A stretch of 64,000 nt of DNA, taken from contig NC_086129.1 of NCBI RefSeq assembly GCF_963921235.1, positions 22,754,001 to 22,818,000 of the forward strand, written 5' to 3'. Made by a program: the position numbers and the translations under genes. Below the pieces are notes generated by a model that saw nothing but the letters and a program-made list of their open reading frames with translations, was not told where the DNA came from and did not search any database. Position 1 is the stretch's first letter, and every line of letters starts with the position of its first letter. Shown in pieces: positions 48,054-60,382 of the stretch. This DNA comes from Mobula hypostoma. Its lineage: Eukaryota.

Positions 48054-48590
48054 ATAGCCAGGGGTGCTAATGGGGACAAGCTCCCACTACCTATTAAATG
48101 CTCCCAATGGTGTGCATTCCAAATCGCCTCTGATAACCAAGTCCAGCTCCTGGCCTTCACGTGTGGCTTAGTACTGAGCCCAGCGGAACTGTTTGGACTA
48201 ACAGGAAAGAAGGCAAAGGCATATTACTGGTGCCTTAATACCAGTTGCTTCGGGCAGATGGGGCTGTCAGCCGTGGTTGGAGAAGGAAAACTCTGATCTC
48301 AAGCCTCTGCTGCCTTGTGCTTATACCCACTCATGGGGAAGGCTTTGGGAGTAAACTCCAAGGAGATCCTAAGGCAGTCCTACGTTGAGTTTAACACGGA
48401 CTGGCAACCCCTGCGATGCTGCTGGTGCCAAACTGTATCAATCTCTGCTGTTCCTTTGGATTCATCAGCTGCATGGAGATGGAGAACCTGCCACATGGGA
48501 AACAGCTTGCTCTCCACAACGTATTGCTGTGGCTTGCATATAACAGCTGGGACGTAACATCCATGATTGACCCCAATCAACAGAGGGCCT
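48054..48590 (+). mobile_element. RTE 5'-UTR-like non-autonomous element
   Basis: GGAGAAGGAAAACTCTGA..TCAA.CCTC motif typical of RTE leaders; no ORF. Confidence 0.55.
48063..48206 (+). ncRNA. Candidate HDV-like (double pseudoknot) ribozyme
   Basis: Manual fold: P1 GGTGCTAA/TTAGTACT, P2 TCCTG/CAGGA, P3 GCC/GGC, L3 TTCACGTGT, J1/4 GA, weak P4, J4/2 ACTAA. Confidence 0.4.
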
Positions 48591-49254
48591 CTATAACCTT
48601 CATAAAACTGATGACCTTGCAGGAAGCAGGCACTGCATTGTGCCTTTCAAATGAGGAGTAAAACATGGTGCCCCCAGCCTCTTGGCTGGATGTATCAGAC
48701 GTGGCAACAGCCTCTCTGGAACAGAGTCCATGAGATCTTTTCAAGACCCTGTCTGTTTTGTAATTCTCGAAAAATTAGATTAGCATATGGCCATTTGGGA
48801 GCTACATGTCTATAAATTGTCTCTCGTGTTTCCTGCCTCAAGAGAAACATATGTACATCATTGGCAGTAAAATGATTTGGAACACACTGAGGTCAGGTAA
48901 GTGCAAGCCTTTAGCCACTTTCTTGTAATCCTTAGGCTTGGGGCTGTTCCATCACTTGCCCCGAATCCATTTTTTTTTTACCTGAGTCGAGTTTCAGTCT
49001 TCCCAAGTCAATTGCCAATAACACAAAAATGCAAACAACAGAGAAGCTTGCCAAGGAATCTTGCACTTTCAGAGAAGCGAGATTTGAAATCTGGAAATAC
49101 TTTCTTTCATTTCACCAGCCACTCAGACCATATGGGGAAGAGAAACTGATGGAGGACTTAGTTCCTCATTCTCACAACAGCATAATCACCACTGCCTGAA
49201 TCAGAGAGCTTAGATTTTGTGTTTAGATCTCAATTTTCCCATGGTAATCACTCT

Positions 49255-51560
49255 TCTAAAAGACCAGGAGCAAATTTAGCCCATTGAATCTGCTCCATTG
49301 TTCAATCATGAATAATTATATTTTTCAACCTTCTTCTCCCACTCCTCCTGTAATCTTTAATCCCCTTACCAATTAGGAACATGTCAATCTTGCCTTTAGT
49401 ACACCAATGACTTGGCCTAGATAGCCATTTGTGGCAACAAATTCCACAGATTCACCACGCTCCTCAACTCAGTCCCAAAGGATCATTCATCCTTTTATCC
49501 TGAGGCTGTGCCCTTGGATCCTAGGTTCTTATAGTAACAGAAATAACTTACATCTTCTCTATCAGAAGACCAAGAGACCATAAGATGCAGCAACGGAATT
49601 AGGAGATTTGGCCAATGGAGTCTGCTCTGTCATTCCACCATGGCTGATTTATTGTCCTTTTCAACCCCATTCTCCTGCTTTCTCCCCATAACCTTTGATG
49701 CCCTGACTAATCAAGAGCCTATCAATCTCCACTTTAAATATACCCAATGACTTGGCCTCCACTGCAGTCTACAATGAATTCCATCTATTCTGCACCTTCC
49801 CACTAAAGAAATTCCTCCTCATCTCTGTTCTAAAAGGACGTCCCTCTATATTGAGGCTGTGTCTGGTCCTCGACTCTCCCACTATGAGAAACATGCTCTC
49901 CAAATCCACTCTATCGAAGCCTTTCAACATTTGATAAGTTTCAATGAGATCCCGCCCCTCATGTTTCTAAATTCCAGTGAGTACAGACTCTGAGCCATCA
50001 GAGACTCCTCATACGATAACCTTTTTGTTCCCAGATCATTCTTGTGAACTTCCTCTGAATCCTCCACAATGTCAGCACATCCTTTCTTAGATAAGGGCCC
50101 CAAAACTGCTCACAATACTCCTAGTGAGGCCTCACCAGTGCATTATAAAGCCTCAACATCACATCATTCCTTTTATATTCTAGTCCTCTCAAAATGAATG
50201 ATAACACTGCATTTGCCTTCCTCACCACCGACTCGACCTGAAAGTTTACCTTTAGGGAATCCTGCATGAGGACCCCCAAGTCTCTTTGCACATCAGATTT
50301 CTGAATTTTCTTCCCATTTAGAAAATAATCTATGCTTTCATTCCTTCTACCAAAGTACATAACCATACACTTCCTGACACTGCCATTTCTTTGCCCATTC
50401 TCCTAATCTGTAAAAGTCCTTCTGCAGACCCCCTACTTTCTCAACACTATCCTCCCCTCCACCTATCTTCATATTCACAAACTTGGCCACAAAGGCATCG
50501 ATTCCATCATCCAAATCATTGAGATACACCATGAAAAGTGGTCCTGACACTGACCCCTGTGGAACCCCACTAGTCACTGGCAGCCAATCAGAAAAGGTTC
50601 CCTTTATTCCCACTCTTTGCCTCCTGCCAATCAGCCAGTCCTCCATCCATGTGAGTATCCTTCCTGTAACACCACGGGCTCTTACCTTGTTAAGCAGCCT
50701 CGGGTGTGGCACCTTGCCAAAGTCCTACTGAAAATCCAAGTAAACAATATCCACTGACTCTCCTTTGTCTATACTGCTGTTATTTCTTCAAAGAATTCCA
50801 ACTGATTTGTCAGGCAAGATTTCCCATTAATGAAACCATGGCCTATTTTATCATGTACCTCCAAGTATCCTGGAACCTCAGCCTTAATAACGGTCTCCAA
50901 CATCTTCCCAACCACAGAAGCCAGGTTAATTGGTCCATAATTTCCTCCCTCACTTCATAAAGAGTGGAGTGACTTTTACAATTTTCCAGTTCTCTGGAAC
51001 CATTCCAGAATCTATTGATTCTTGAAAGATCATTACTAATGCTTCCACAATCTCTTCCACTACCTCGTTCAGAACCCTGGGGTGTAGTCCATCTGCTCCA
51101 GGTGACTTACCTTCCTTCAGACCTTTCAGCTTCCCAAACACCTTCTCCTTAGTAATGGAAACTGCACTCACTTCTGCCCCCGATACTTTAGAATTCCTGG
51201 CATACTTTAGTATTTCAAAGTGAAGACTGATGCAAAATACTTATTAAGTTTCTGTATCCCCTATTACTACCTCTTCAGCATCATTTTCCAGCAGTCCAAT
51301 GTCTACACTCACCTCCCTTTTACTCTTTATCTGTATATCTGAAAAAAAAACCTTTGTTATCCTCCTATTCAGGTCTTTCAGGAGGTTTCAATGAAATCTC
51401 CCTTCATCCTTTTGAACTCTGTCAAATTCAGGCCTAAAGACATCAAACACGCTTCATACATTAGGCCTTTCATTCTGGGTTTCATTCTTGTGAGCCACAT
51501 TTGGATCCTCCCCAGAGCCACCACTTCCTTCTTTAGATTTGGGTCCAAATTCTACTGATG
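49255..51560 (-). mobile_element. Cluster of CR1 fragments including RT region (main copy 49565-51370)
   Basis: [40 protein letters not shown]. Confidence 0.9.
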
Positions 51561-51839
51561 CTGATACTGACAATTCTACACTAACCTTCTCATGTGCACT
51601 TGATCTTCCCATGGGCCTACCAGCAAATATCTCACAGCATGTGATATAAAGCCACAAATATAAATAAGTCCTTGGATTTATACAGCAAAATTAAAGCAAT
51701 GCATGACCAAGTGAATAGGTCCTGTCCATGCATCTAGTGACCCACAGTATTTAAGATCTTGAACAAGGCTATAAACATGAGCTTACTTTCAATAATCCTT
51801 TACTAAGTGTAACTAAACATGACACTGTCAAACTGTCCA

Positions 51840-52270
51840 GTCACTCCGTCAGGTTGGGTCTGTAACATTGGGTTTAGAAGAGTGGGCAATGATTTCATTG
51901 AAACATACAAGATCCTAAGTGGGCATGACAGGATAGATTCTGAGATGTTTTCAACTTGAGGGAGTCTCAAACAAGGAGACAGAATTATGAGATGATAAAT
52001 GAAATCAAGGTGTGTATAAATTACTTGTTACAGAGGATAGTGAAACTTTGGAGTTCTCTTTTCCTGATATTTGTGGAGACTGGATTATTTGAACTATTTG
52101 CAGTGGAAGTCCAATATATATATATTCGAGGACTAAGGGCTCTCTGGGAAACTGGTAGAAAAATAGAGATGAGGCCAGCAACGATCAATTACAATCATAC
52201 TGAATGGTGGGGCAGGTCTAAGGAGCCTAGTCACCATCCCTACTTTTATTTTCACTTGTTCTTATGTGTT
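51840..52270 (+). mobile_element. Old CR1 3' fragment
   Basis: D.IETYKIL.G.DR.D...F...ESQTR...QRIVKLW.SL. Confidence 0.7.
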
Positions 52271-53732
52271 ATTGTGTGTTCTTGTGCTCTATCCTAGACT
52301 CTAATTACTTCCCTATACAGATATTTGCCGAGCTGGTGACGGGTCAACTGTTTACAATTGACCTAGCTAAAGAACACAAAGAGTCGACTGAGCCTAGTTA
52401 TTCTGCGCCATGGTGGAGGTCCTTGCTTCACCTGAGTACAGACTCTGCACCAACACTTCATCATGGGCTGTGATGTTCCAAGCACTGTCTTCCCAGTGAG
52501 ATGAGACTCAGGACTTTCTCTACTTCAGATAGATGTCTGGCATCTCGACAGTCTTTAAGGATCAGAAAGTGCTCCCGGTGCCCTGGGCACAGTGGCTTCC
52601 TCTTCAAATTAGCAAACAAAACAATTAGGCGGCCATGTTATTTCCTGAGTTTTGGATTTTGCTGTGTGTAAATTGGCAGCTGAGTCTTTGTGACAGTGGC
52701 AGTGTCCGGTGAGGGACGTTGGTGCAGGTTGCTACGTGAATGTGAGTTACAGCTTTTTGTCTCATAAGCTGCAAACCCTTGATTGTTCTCTTTTACCTCA
52801 AGTCGACATGTTTGAACTGTATAGGATTGGCATCTTTAAAGTAACAGAAGGCTAAAAAAACAAGATCTGATGAGCAAATCCTGTTCCTCTAACCCCGTTC
52901 AGAGTTCCGTGCAAAGGGGCAACAGAATTTGACCAGCTCTAAAAACTTCCTCTTTCCTCCTGGCAATATGGATAATAATTTTACTTTCTGTTTTTGAAAT
53001 ATCCAGCAGAGCAATGTACCAGATGCTTCCTGCATATCCTTAGAATTATTGGACTCTCATTCCCTTTAAAGTTATTTTAAACTAAAACACACTTTCTCCT
53101 CCCAATGATGGTTCACTGAATGAGCAGATGCTTCGTGCTATTTATGGGAGGTGTGGAGTAAAAGGGATATGAAGGGTGACTTGAGACAATGGGGTCTCCT
53201 TTCAAAACTGTGGTGATCCGGCAGAGGATATTGAAACATTACAAAAGCCAAATGATTCAAATCATAGATGCAAACACACCCACTGACCATCTATGAGCAA
53301 GATCAAATTGTGAAAACATCAAAAGAAACTTAGAAATAATCTTCTCACACAGAAGGGTGACTAAAATTGTGGTCCATAAATGGCTTCTTTAAGGAATAAA
53401 TAAATATTGTATGGCTCTGGAAAGATATTAAAGAGGATATGAAAAGAGCAGCAAAGAGAGACTAGGCTCTGAGGGCACAGTGGAGATCTCTACCTGGCTA
53501 CTCCTGCTAGAAGTGAAAGGATTGGAGATATTTCAAGGACTGAGACTAATTTAAATCAAATTAAACCTGATATCCCAACACAGCTGGCCAAATTTAGGAG
53601 GTCTTCTCAGTGGGAAGAACTTGGAGTGACAATGACCACAGTAGATTAGGGGTTTTCATGAGTACCTCTTGGGAAGGGGAAAAACCAAGTAAATAAGTGC
53701 CAGTTACTTTAACCTGCTGGTTCCAGCTTAAG

Positions 53733-54290
53733 GATTTCAAAGATTTCAAAGTAAATATACTATCAAAGTTCAAAGTAAAGTTTATTATCAGAGTACATAC
53801 GTCACCACATACAACCCTGGGATTCTTTTTCTGCGGGCATACTTAGCAAATCTATAGAACAGTAACTGTAAACAGGATCAATGAACAACAAACTGTGCAA
53901 GTGCAGATATAAATAAATTGCAATAAATAACGAGACTGTAAAATAACAAGATAAAGAGTCCTTAACGTAAGACCAATTGTTGCGGGAACACCAGAAATAG
54001 AATGAGTGTAGTTATCTCCCTTTGTTCAAGAGCCTGATTGTTGAGGGGTAGTAACTGTTCTTGAACCTGGTGGTGTGAGCCTTGGGGCACTTGTACCTTC
54101 TACCTGATGCCAGCAGTGGGAAAGGAGCATGGCCTGGATAGTGGAGATCTTTGACAATGGATGCTACATATATGTCATCATATACAACTCTGAGATTCAT
54201 TTTCTTGCAGGCATGCACAGTAAATTCAAGAACCACAATAGAATCAATGAAAGACCACACCCGAAAGGACAGACAAACCAACCAATGTGC
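53733..54290 (-). mobile_element. Nested Rex1/Babar 3' ends
   Basis: HYPGHAPFPLL.SGRRYK...HTTRFKNSYYPSTIRLLN; (TTCAAAG)n tails. Confidence 0.8.
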
Positions 54291-54876
54291 AATGCAAGAC
54301 CGCTAGCCCTATGCCTTGACCAATGGACACTTGATTTATGCTCCGAATTCTCCTTCCCAGCTGTTGCATTGCTGTTATGTTTCCCACACCCCCCTTGATT
54401 AGCATCAGCAAAGCTCCATGCAAGGGTATACGTCTCCTCCAATTTAAATTGAACCTGTCTTTCTCCTGCAGGTTCAACCTATCCCAGAAATGGTCCCAAT
54501 TATCTATAGCCAAAGTCCTCCGCCCTCTACCTGTTCTTTAGGAATGAGTTTATCTACACATCGGGTTTAAGGTGGCACTACCAATGATGTGCAACAGCTT
54601 ACTGGTAGTTTGAAAGCAAAGGAATCCTATTAAAAATATTCTTACCTTTTGTTTAATTGAGTTCTTTTGGGTTCCTTGCTTTGTGGCTACCTGTAAGCAA
54701 ACAAATCTCAAGGTTGTGTAATTTATACATTCTGTGATAATAAATGTACTTTGAATGTTTGAATTTCTACATTCACTAGCACAGGTCACAGAGAATAATC
54801 CTGAGATTATGACCCCAGTGGTTTTGGCTTCTAACTTTCTTCCTATCTTCCCAAAACGTACTGTATGGGATCTCCT

Positions 54877-55985
54877 GCAACACACACAAAATGCTGGAGG
54901 AACTCAGCAGGTCAGGCAGCATCTATGGTGGCCAACCATTTTAATCCCACTCTCCATTCCCATTCTGAAATGTCGGTCCATGGCCTCCTCTACTGACATA
55001 ATGAGAGCACTTTCAGGTTGGAGGAGCAACACCTCATATTCTGTCTGGGTAGTCTCCAACCTGACAGTATGAACATCAATTTCTCTAACCTCTGGTAATT
55101 TCTTTCCACCCCACTCCCCTCTTTTTCCATTCCCCATTCTGGCTCCCTTCTTATCCCTTCTCTTCTCCTCACTTTCTTCTCCATGGATTGTCACCTTGTT
55201 GCGGTGGAGAAGCTTGTGTGGTCCTGTGATCCTAAGAGTGATGCCATCTGGAGCTATGCTCCTGGTAGGGTCACCCGTGGCGGTAAGGTCGAGGGTGAGG
55301 TCCCTGACAAAGAACAATCCAACCAAGACCTCAACAGTGGAACAGGCGGATGAAGTTACTTTGAACTCAATAGCTGTGAAGGCGGATGAAGGCTGCAACA
55401 AATCCATCAGCTCCAATCGTCCTGGTTTCCATGCCATTGGAATCAGTTGGTTGATTTGTGAAGTATCGTGTGCTTCTTGGAGTGCAACATCAAGTACACA
55501 TTAAACAATTACATGCACAGGCGTCTTCGCTCTGTGGGCCACTTCTTCAGAACGAAGACCATCATCCCTGACCTCGAGGGATAGCCACGACAATGACCTC
55601 ACTTGCCCATCACCTCCCTCTGGTGCATCACCTCTTTCTCTTCCTCCCAACATCCACTTTCCTCTCCTATCACATTCCTTCTTCTTCAACCCTTTACCCC
55701 TTCCATCTATCACCTCCCTGCTTCTCACTTCATCCCCCTCCCCCACCCACCTACCTTCCCCCTCATCTGGCTTCAGCGATCACCCGCCAGTTTGTACTCC
55801 TTCCCTTTCTCCCACTTTCTTACTCTGGCTTCTCCCCACTTTCTTTCGGGTCCTAACGAAGGGTTTCGACACGAAACTTCGACTGTTTATTCCCTTCCAT
55901 CAATGCTACCTGACCTGCTGAGTTCCTCCAGCAGTTTGTATGTTACTCTGGATTTCCAGCATCTGCAGAATCTCTTGGTTTTATG
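54877..55985 (+). mobile_element. Penelope-like 3' fragment with inverted 5' pseudo-LTR piece and decayed hammerhead (55849-55884)
   Basis: 54877-54927 is the rc of its own 3' region; GIY-YIG C-terminus EEQHLIF.LGSLQPD.MN; interrupted at 55175-55596. Confidence 0.88.
55175..55596 (+). mobile_element. RTE (Expander/Rex3-like leader)-derived short element
   Basis: Perfect 8-bp TSD CCTCACTT (55167-55174, 55597-55604); CACCTTG..GTGG..GATCCTA.GAG..CCTGGTAGGGTC.CCC leader motifs. Confidence 0.8.
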
Positions 55986-56574
55986 ACATGTGAGATCTCA
56001 TTTCCTTTTCTATCTATGACATTAGTTCCAATACGTGCTACAGCTTCTGGCTGTTCTACCTCCCCTTGAAGAAGGCAGACCACTCTGGGGTCTTGCTTTT
56101 GACCGCTGAAATGCCTGTGTTCTCCTCACGACTGCATCTCCTACCGTTAGATCTTGATAAGAATACACCCCCCGCCACTGTGCATCACAGCCACAAACAT
56201 GGCTACTGTTGCCGTTTTCCATTATAGAACACCTCCCCTTCAGGGTCCTACCTAGCGCACCTGTTTGAGAAGGAAATGAATAGTGGGGCTCCTACACTAC
56301 CTGCCTCCCCTTAATGTCCTTTCTGGTGATCAACACCTCCTCTCTTCCTGTACCTGTGGTGTGACTAATTCACTAAAGATTTACATTTTCTGCATCCCAG
56401 ATACTCCTCAGAGAGTTCAACCACAGCTCCAGCAGCTCTATGCAGGCTAACAGGAGCTGCAGCTGGACACAATTCCCGCAGGACACCGGAAATGTCCCTG
56501 ACCTCCACGCCTTGCAGGAGGAACTTTCCACAGGTCGAGTTCCCATATCTTTTATTCCTAATCACTTCTAGAAA

Positions 56575-56940
56575 AAACAGAGAAACATGGAAACATTGAA
56601 AACCTACAGCACAATACAGGCCCTTCAGCCCACAAAGCTGTGCCGAACATGTCCTTACCTTAGAAATTACCTAGGGCTACCCATAGCCCTCTATTTTTCT
56701 GAGCTCCATGTACCTGTCCAGGAGTCTCTTAAAAGACCCTATCGTTTCCGCCTCCACCACCGTCACCGGCAGCCCATTCCACGCACTCACCATTCTCTGC
56801 GTAAAAAACTTACCCCTGATATCTCCTCTGTACCTGCTCCCAAGCACCTTAAACCTGTGTCCTCTTGTGTTAGCCATTTCAGCCCTGGGAAAAAGCCTCT
56901 GACTATCCACACGATCAATGCCTCTCATCATCTTATACAC
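56575..56940 (-). mobile_element. Young CR1 3' fragment
   Basis: VYKMMRGIDRVDSQRLFP...TRGHRFKV...KFFTQRMV.AWNGLP. Confidence 0.9.
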
Positions 56941-57166
56941 AGAAGAAGGAACTGTTACCTTCTCATTACTCACTGAGCCCACACTTTCACAGCCCTGAAC
57001 AAACAGGACTCTTCCAGGATGGCTACTCACACTATACCTGCCTTATTTTATATCACTTGCACTACCACCTCTGCACTTTACCTCATGGCCACAGCTGAAC
57101 CTGAAGGAGACCACACACGGCTACCTCTAGGTACGCAGCATCATGTGTACATGAATCCAAATATAC

Positions 57167-57330
57167 TGTCACTGGGTCCAGAGGACACTGCACTGGCATG
57201 TCACTGGATCCAGAGGAAACTGGACCTGTCTGCCGCTGGGTCCAAATGACACTATACCAATGTGTCACTGGGTCCAGGGGGCACTGCACCAGTGTGATAC
57301 TGGATCCCAAGGATACTGTCACTGAGTCCA
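57167..57330. repeat. 32-bp minisatellite, ~5 copies
   Basis: Units start at 57167, 57199, 57231, 57263, 57295; consensus TGTCACTGGGTCCAGAGGACACTGCACCAGTG. Confidence 0.9.
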
Positions 57331-58099
57331 CATAAATGACTATCAGAATGACAAGTACAAATGCAGTGACTATCCCAGCTGACAGCACCAGACTGCTGGT
57401 TCCCAATGCTCTCTGCCAGCATCCAGGGAATGCTTTCAGTTCCCTCTGTCTGATGTTGGCCTCTCCTTCCAGCTGGAGAGGATACCTCAGCCACCAGCCC
57501 ATCGCCATGTGTGTATTCATTGTGAATGCACATCTGTTTTTGCACAGTCATTAGGGTTCAAATCACCATGTCTAAACAGATTGCAGAGTGCCAGGGGGCT
57601 GAGCGATAATAACTATCAAACCCTGGGGCTGTGATGTAAATAGAGCTCCATGGGTTTCAAAAGCCTATTATTCAAAATATTGAAACTAGACAAATTGAAT
57701 AATTGATCTACTTCCCATCACTAAGAAGTTTATTTAGAAATGTTTAAACTCATTTACTTCGACAGTTTATTATTATTCTGCTGTTATGTGGATGCTCCGC
57801 TGATTTATCACCTTCCTGTCTAAATGATTCCTCACACAGTTTGTGAGCAGATCTACACCAGCCGTATTTGTCTCCGCTGTCTGTTCTACCACTGGTCTTG
57901 ATGGGCTTCCTCACGAACTGCCAGGGACTGCTCGTGGGCTCTGAGTTCTTCCTGAAAGTGGCTCAAGTAACCAACAGACAATCCACAGCACATCCAATGG
58001 CCATGAGGCAGGATGCAAAGGGGATTGCCTCTTGTCTGTCCCTCGACTTGCACTGGTGCTAAGATAATTCCCAACCTCCCTCTTACCCTCCTATTTTGG

Positions 58100-58392
58100 A
58101 CAGTATTGTGGCACTGCAGGTAGTGCAGCTGCCTCTCAGCTCCAGCAACCTGGGTTCAATCCTGACCCCCTGGAGCTGTCTGGAGTTTGCATGTTCACCC
58201 TGTGGCTATATGGGTTTCCTGCAAGTGGTCTGGTTTCCTCCCAAATCCCAATGGGTGCGTGTGGTAGGATTGTCTTAGAGAATAGGTTACAGGGAAATAA
58301 GGCGGCAGGAAGAGATTGATGGGATTCTTCTGTGAGTCCGAATAGACATGATGGGCTGAATGGTCGCCTTGATTGTTGTAAGGAAATCATGA
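58100..58392 (+). mobile_element. HE1/V-like tRNA-derived SINE
   Basis: GGGTTCAATCCTGACC B box, GGAGTTTGCATGTTC.CCC.GTG, CR1-like 3' end gatgggctgaatgg. Confidence 0.75.
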
Positions 58393-59162
58393 AATGGTAC
58401 ACAGATTGCCATGAAGGATCTGCCAGCTCACGAACAATATCACATGGCAGTTTGATTTCTCTTTCCACAGATTTACAAGCAGTTTAATTGAAAGAGGGTG
58501 CACTTAGTAAGTTGACAATCCATCATTATTTGTCGAGCATCGGCATCAAAGTTGAATTTAAACCTTAACTAATGCAGTTCACCTGAAGGCTTCAACATCG
58601 AAATATCCCTCAAAGCAAACCCTTTCCCAGGTCCTTGAGGGTGAAAATGAGGTCATTTACTTCCTTCACATTTCGTTAACATTCCTTTGTCCAACTGCCC
58701 CAGGGCAACTAAGTCCCCCTGAGCATAAGGACACTATTTTGCCTGGTCCTACCTCCTCCTCTTCTCTCTTTCCAGGTTTCTGAGTGTGCTTAGGCCACAG
58801 AAGGGTTTGAGCACTGCATTGGCACCTTATGCTCCTGCTGGGTCCTTCAGCCATGAACAAGAGGCAGGTAGTGACAACACCCTGGGCTATGAATAGCTGC
58901 TTTGGACTGGTGAGACTCAGATCTTCTCAACTCTTTGATGTCCAATTAGTTGAGGAGACTGGCTACTCAAATAAAGCCAATATTGAGGAGTGGCCCTGTA
59001 TACATAACAAAATAGAGGCCTCTTCCCCTGACACAATTCATTTGCAAATTCAGCCTGCTGTTACCCATGGGTTTTGAGATAGCAATGGTTAGAACTGGAA
59101 ATACCAACAATTAAATCCACTGATATCTAGATTAAACAAAATTGGTGGCCTTACTTCAAGCA

Positions 59163-59396
59163 GCACAGTGCGACACAGTGGCGCAGCTAACAGGCCCGTT
59201 GCCTCACAACTCCAGAGAATCAGGTTCGATCCTGACCTCAGCTTTGTCTGTGTGGAATCTGCACATTCTTGCACATTTCCTTTGGCTGTTCCAGCTTACT
59301 TCCACATCCCAAAGACATGCTGGTTGGTGATTAATTGGCCTCTACAAATTGCCTTTGATGTGTAGGTGAGTGGTAGACTCCAGGGGGAGGATGAGT
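59163..59396 (+). mobile_element. HE1/V-like tRNA-derived SINE
   Basis: TGGCGCAGCT A box, GGTTCGATCC B box, shared body. Confidence 0.75.
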
Positions 59397-60160
59397 TAGA
59401 ATCATAGAGTTAAATGGCATGGATACAGGCCCTTCAGCCCTACTCGTCCATGTTGTCTATTTGAGCTAGCTCCTAGCTCCATTTCCATGTGATTGACCCA
59501 TACAGTATGATCTAAACATTTCCTATCCACGTCTAAATGTCCTTTAAACCTTATAATTGTACCTTCCTCTACCACTTTCCTGCTTGTTCCACAAACCCAC
59601 TGCCCTCTGTGTGAAAAATTGCCCCTCAGATTCCTTTAAAACCTATCCCCTCTCATCTTAAGTCTGTGCACTCTAGTATTAAAACCCCCCACCCTGAGAA
59701 AAAGACTATGAGCATTCAACTTATCTACATCCCTCATAATTTTATAAACATTTAAGGTCACCACTCAGCCTTTTCCATGCACTCCAGGGAAAAATATCCC
59801 AACCTATTTAGTCTCTCCATACAGCTCCAGTGTGTGGCGCGGGGCCAAGTGGTTAGGGCGTTGGACTAGCGATCTGAAGGTCGTAGGTTCGAGCCTCGGC
59901 CGAGACAGTGTGTGTGTCCTTGAGCAAGGCACTTAACCACACAATGCTTCAGTTTACCTGCAAAAGTGCTGGGGGTTAACCTCACGATAGACTGGTATCC
60001 TATCCAGGGTGGTGGGGGGGGGGGTGGAGGAGGAGTCTCGTACTACACGCCACGGAAACCGGCATAAGCACCGGCCTGGTGGGCCACAAGGTTCAGGACA
60101 GACTTTAATACAGCTCCAGCCATTCTGCCCCAGTAACATCCTTGTGTATCTCTTCTGCAT
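59397..60160 (-). mobile_element. CR1 3' fragment hosting a SINE
   Basis: tagaatcataga tail (rc) and CR1 3' motifs, continuous across the 59831-60107 insert. Confidence 0.75.
59831..60107 (+). mobile_element. Full-length tRNA-headed SINE with CORE-like segment
   Basis: Perfect 12-bp TSD ATACAGCTCCAG (59819-59830, 60108-60119); A-box-like GGGCCAAGTGG, B box GGTTCGAGCC; GTGTCCTTGAGCAAGGCACTTAACC. Confidence 0.9.
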
Positions 60161-60382
60161 GGAAATGTGGGTAGAATAAAATGGGACTTGTGTAGGATTA
60201 GCATAAAATAGGTGCTCATTGGAACTAAAATAAAGCGCAAGTAGCATTTTTGCAGACAGTCACAAATCAGTGCTGCCAGGTCAATCCCCACCACCCCAAA
60301 TGCTCAAAATTTAGATTTGTACACATAGCTGTACTTTGATGAAATTTGATAATTTGATCACCTTGAGCTCTCTACACCAGGA

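Larger units (their letters stand above)
54360..56570 (-). mobile_element. CR1 ORF1 remnant (Zn finger/coiled coil plus SGNH-esterase-like), split by later insertions
   Basis: EVRDISGV.. (56365-56565), ISGL..V..ASE.RN (~54760-54810), DNWD.FW.R..L..KD..NLN (~54430-54510). Confidence 0.65.

Noticed and set aside
57167-57330. CRISPR repeat-spacer array
   Set aside because: The variable halves are homologous to each other and too short; it is a minisatellite.
57840-57960. CDX-like peptide on minus strand (WQFVRKP..GRT...DKY)
   Set aside because: Superficial similarity only; no homeodomain follows.
59836-59907. Functional tRNA gene
   Set aside because: Acceptor and T stems do not pair; it is the head of a TSD-flanked SINE.
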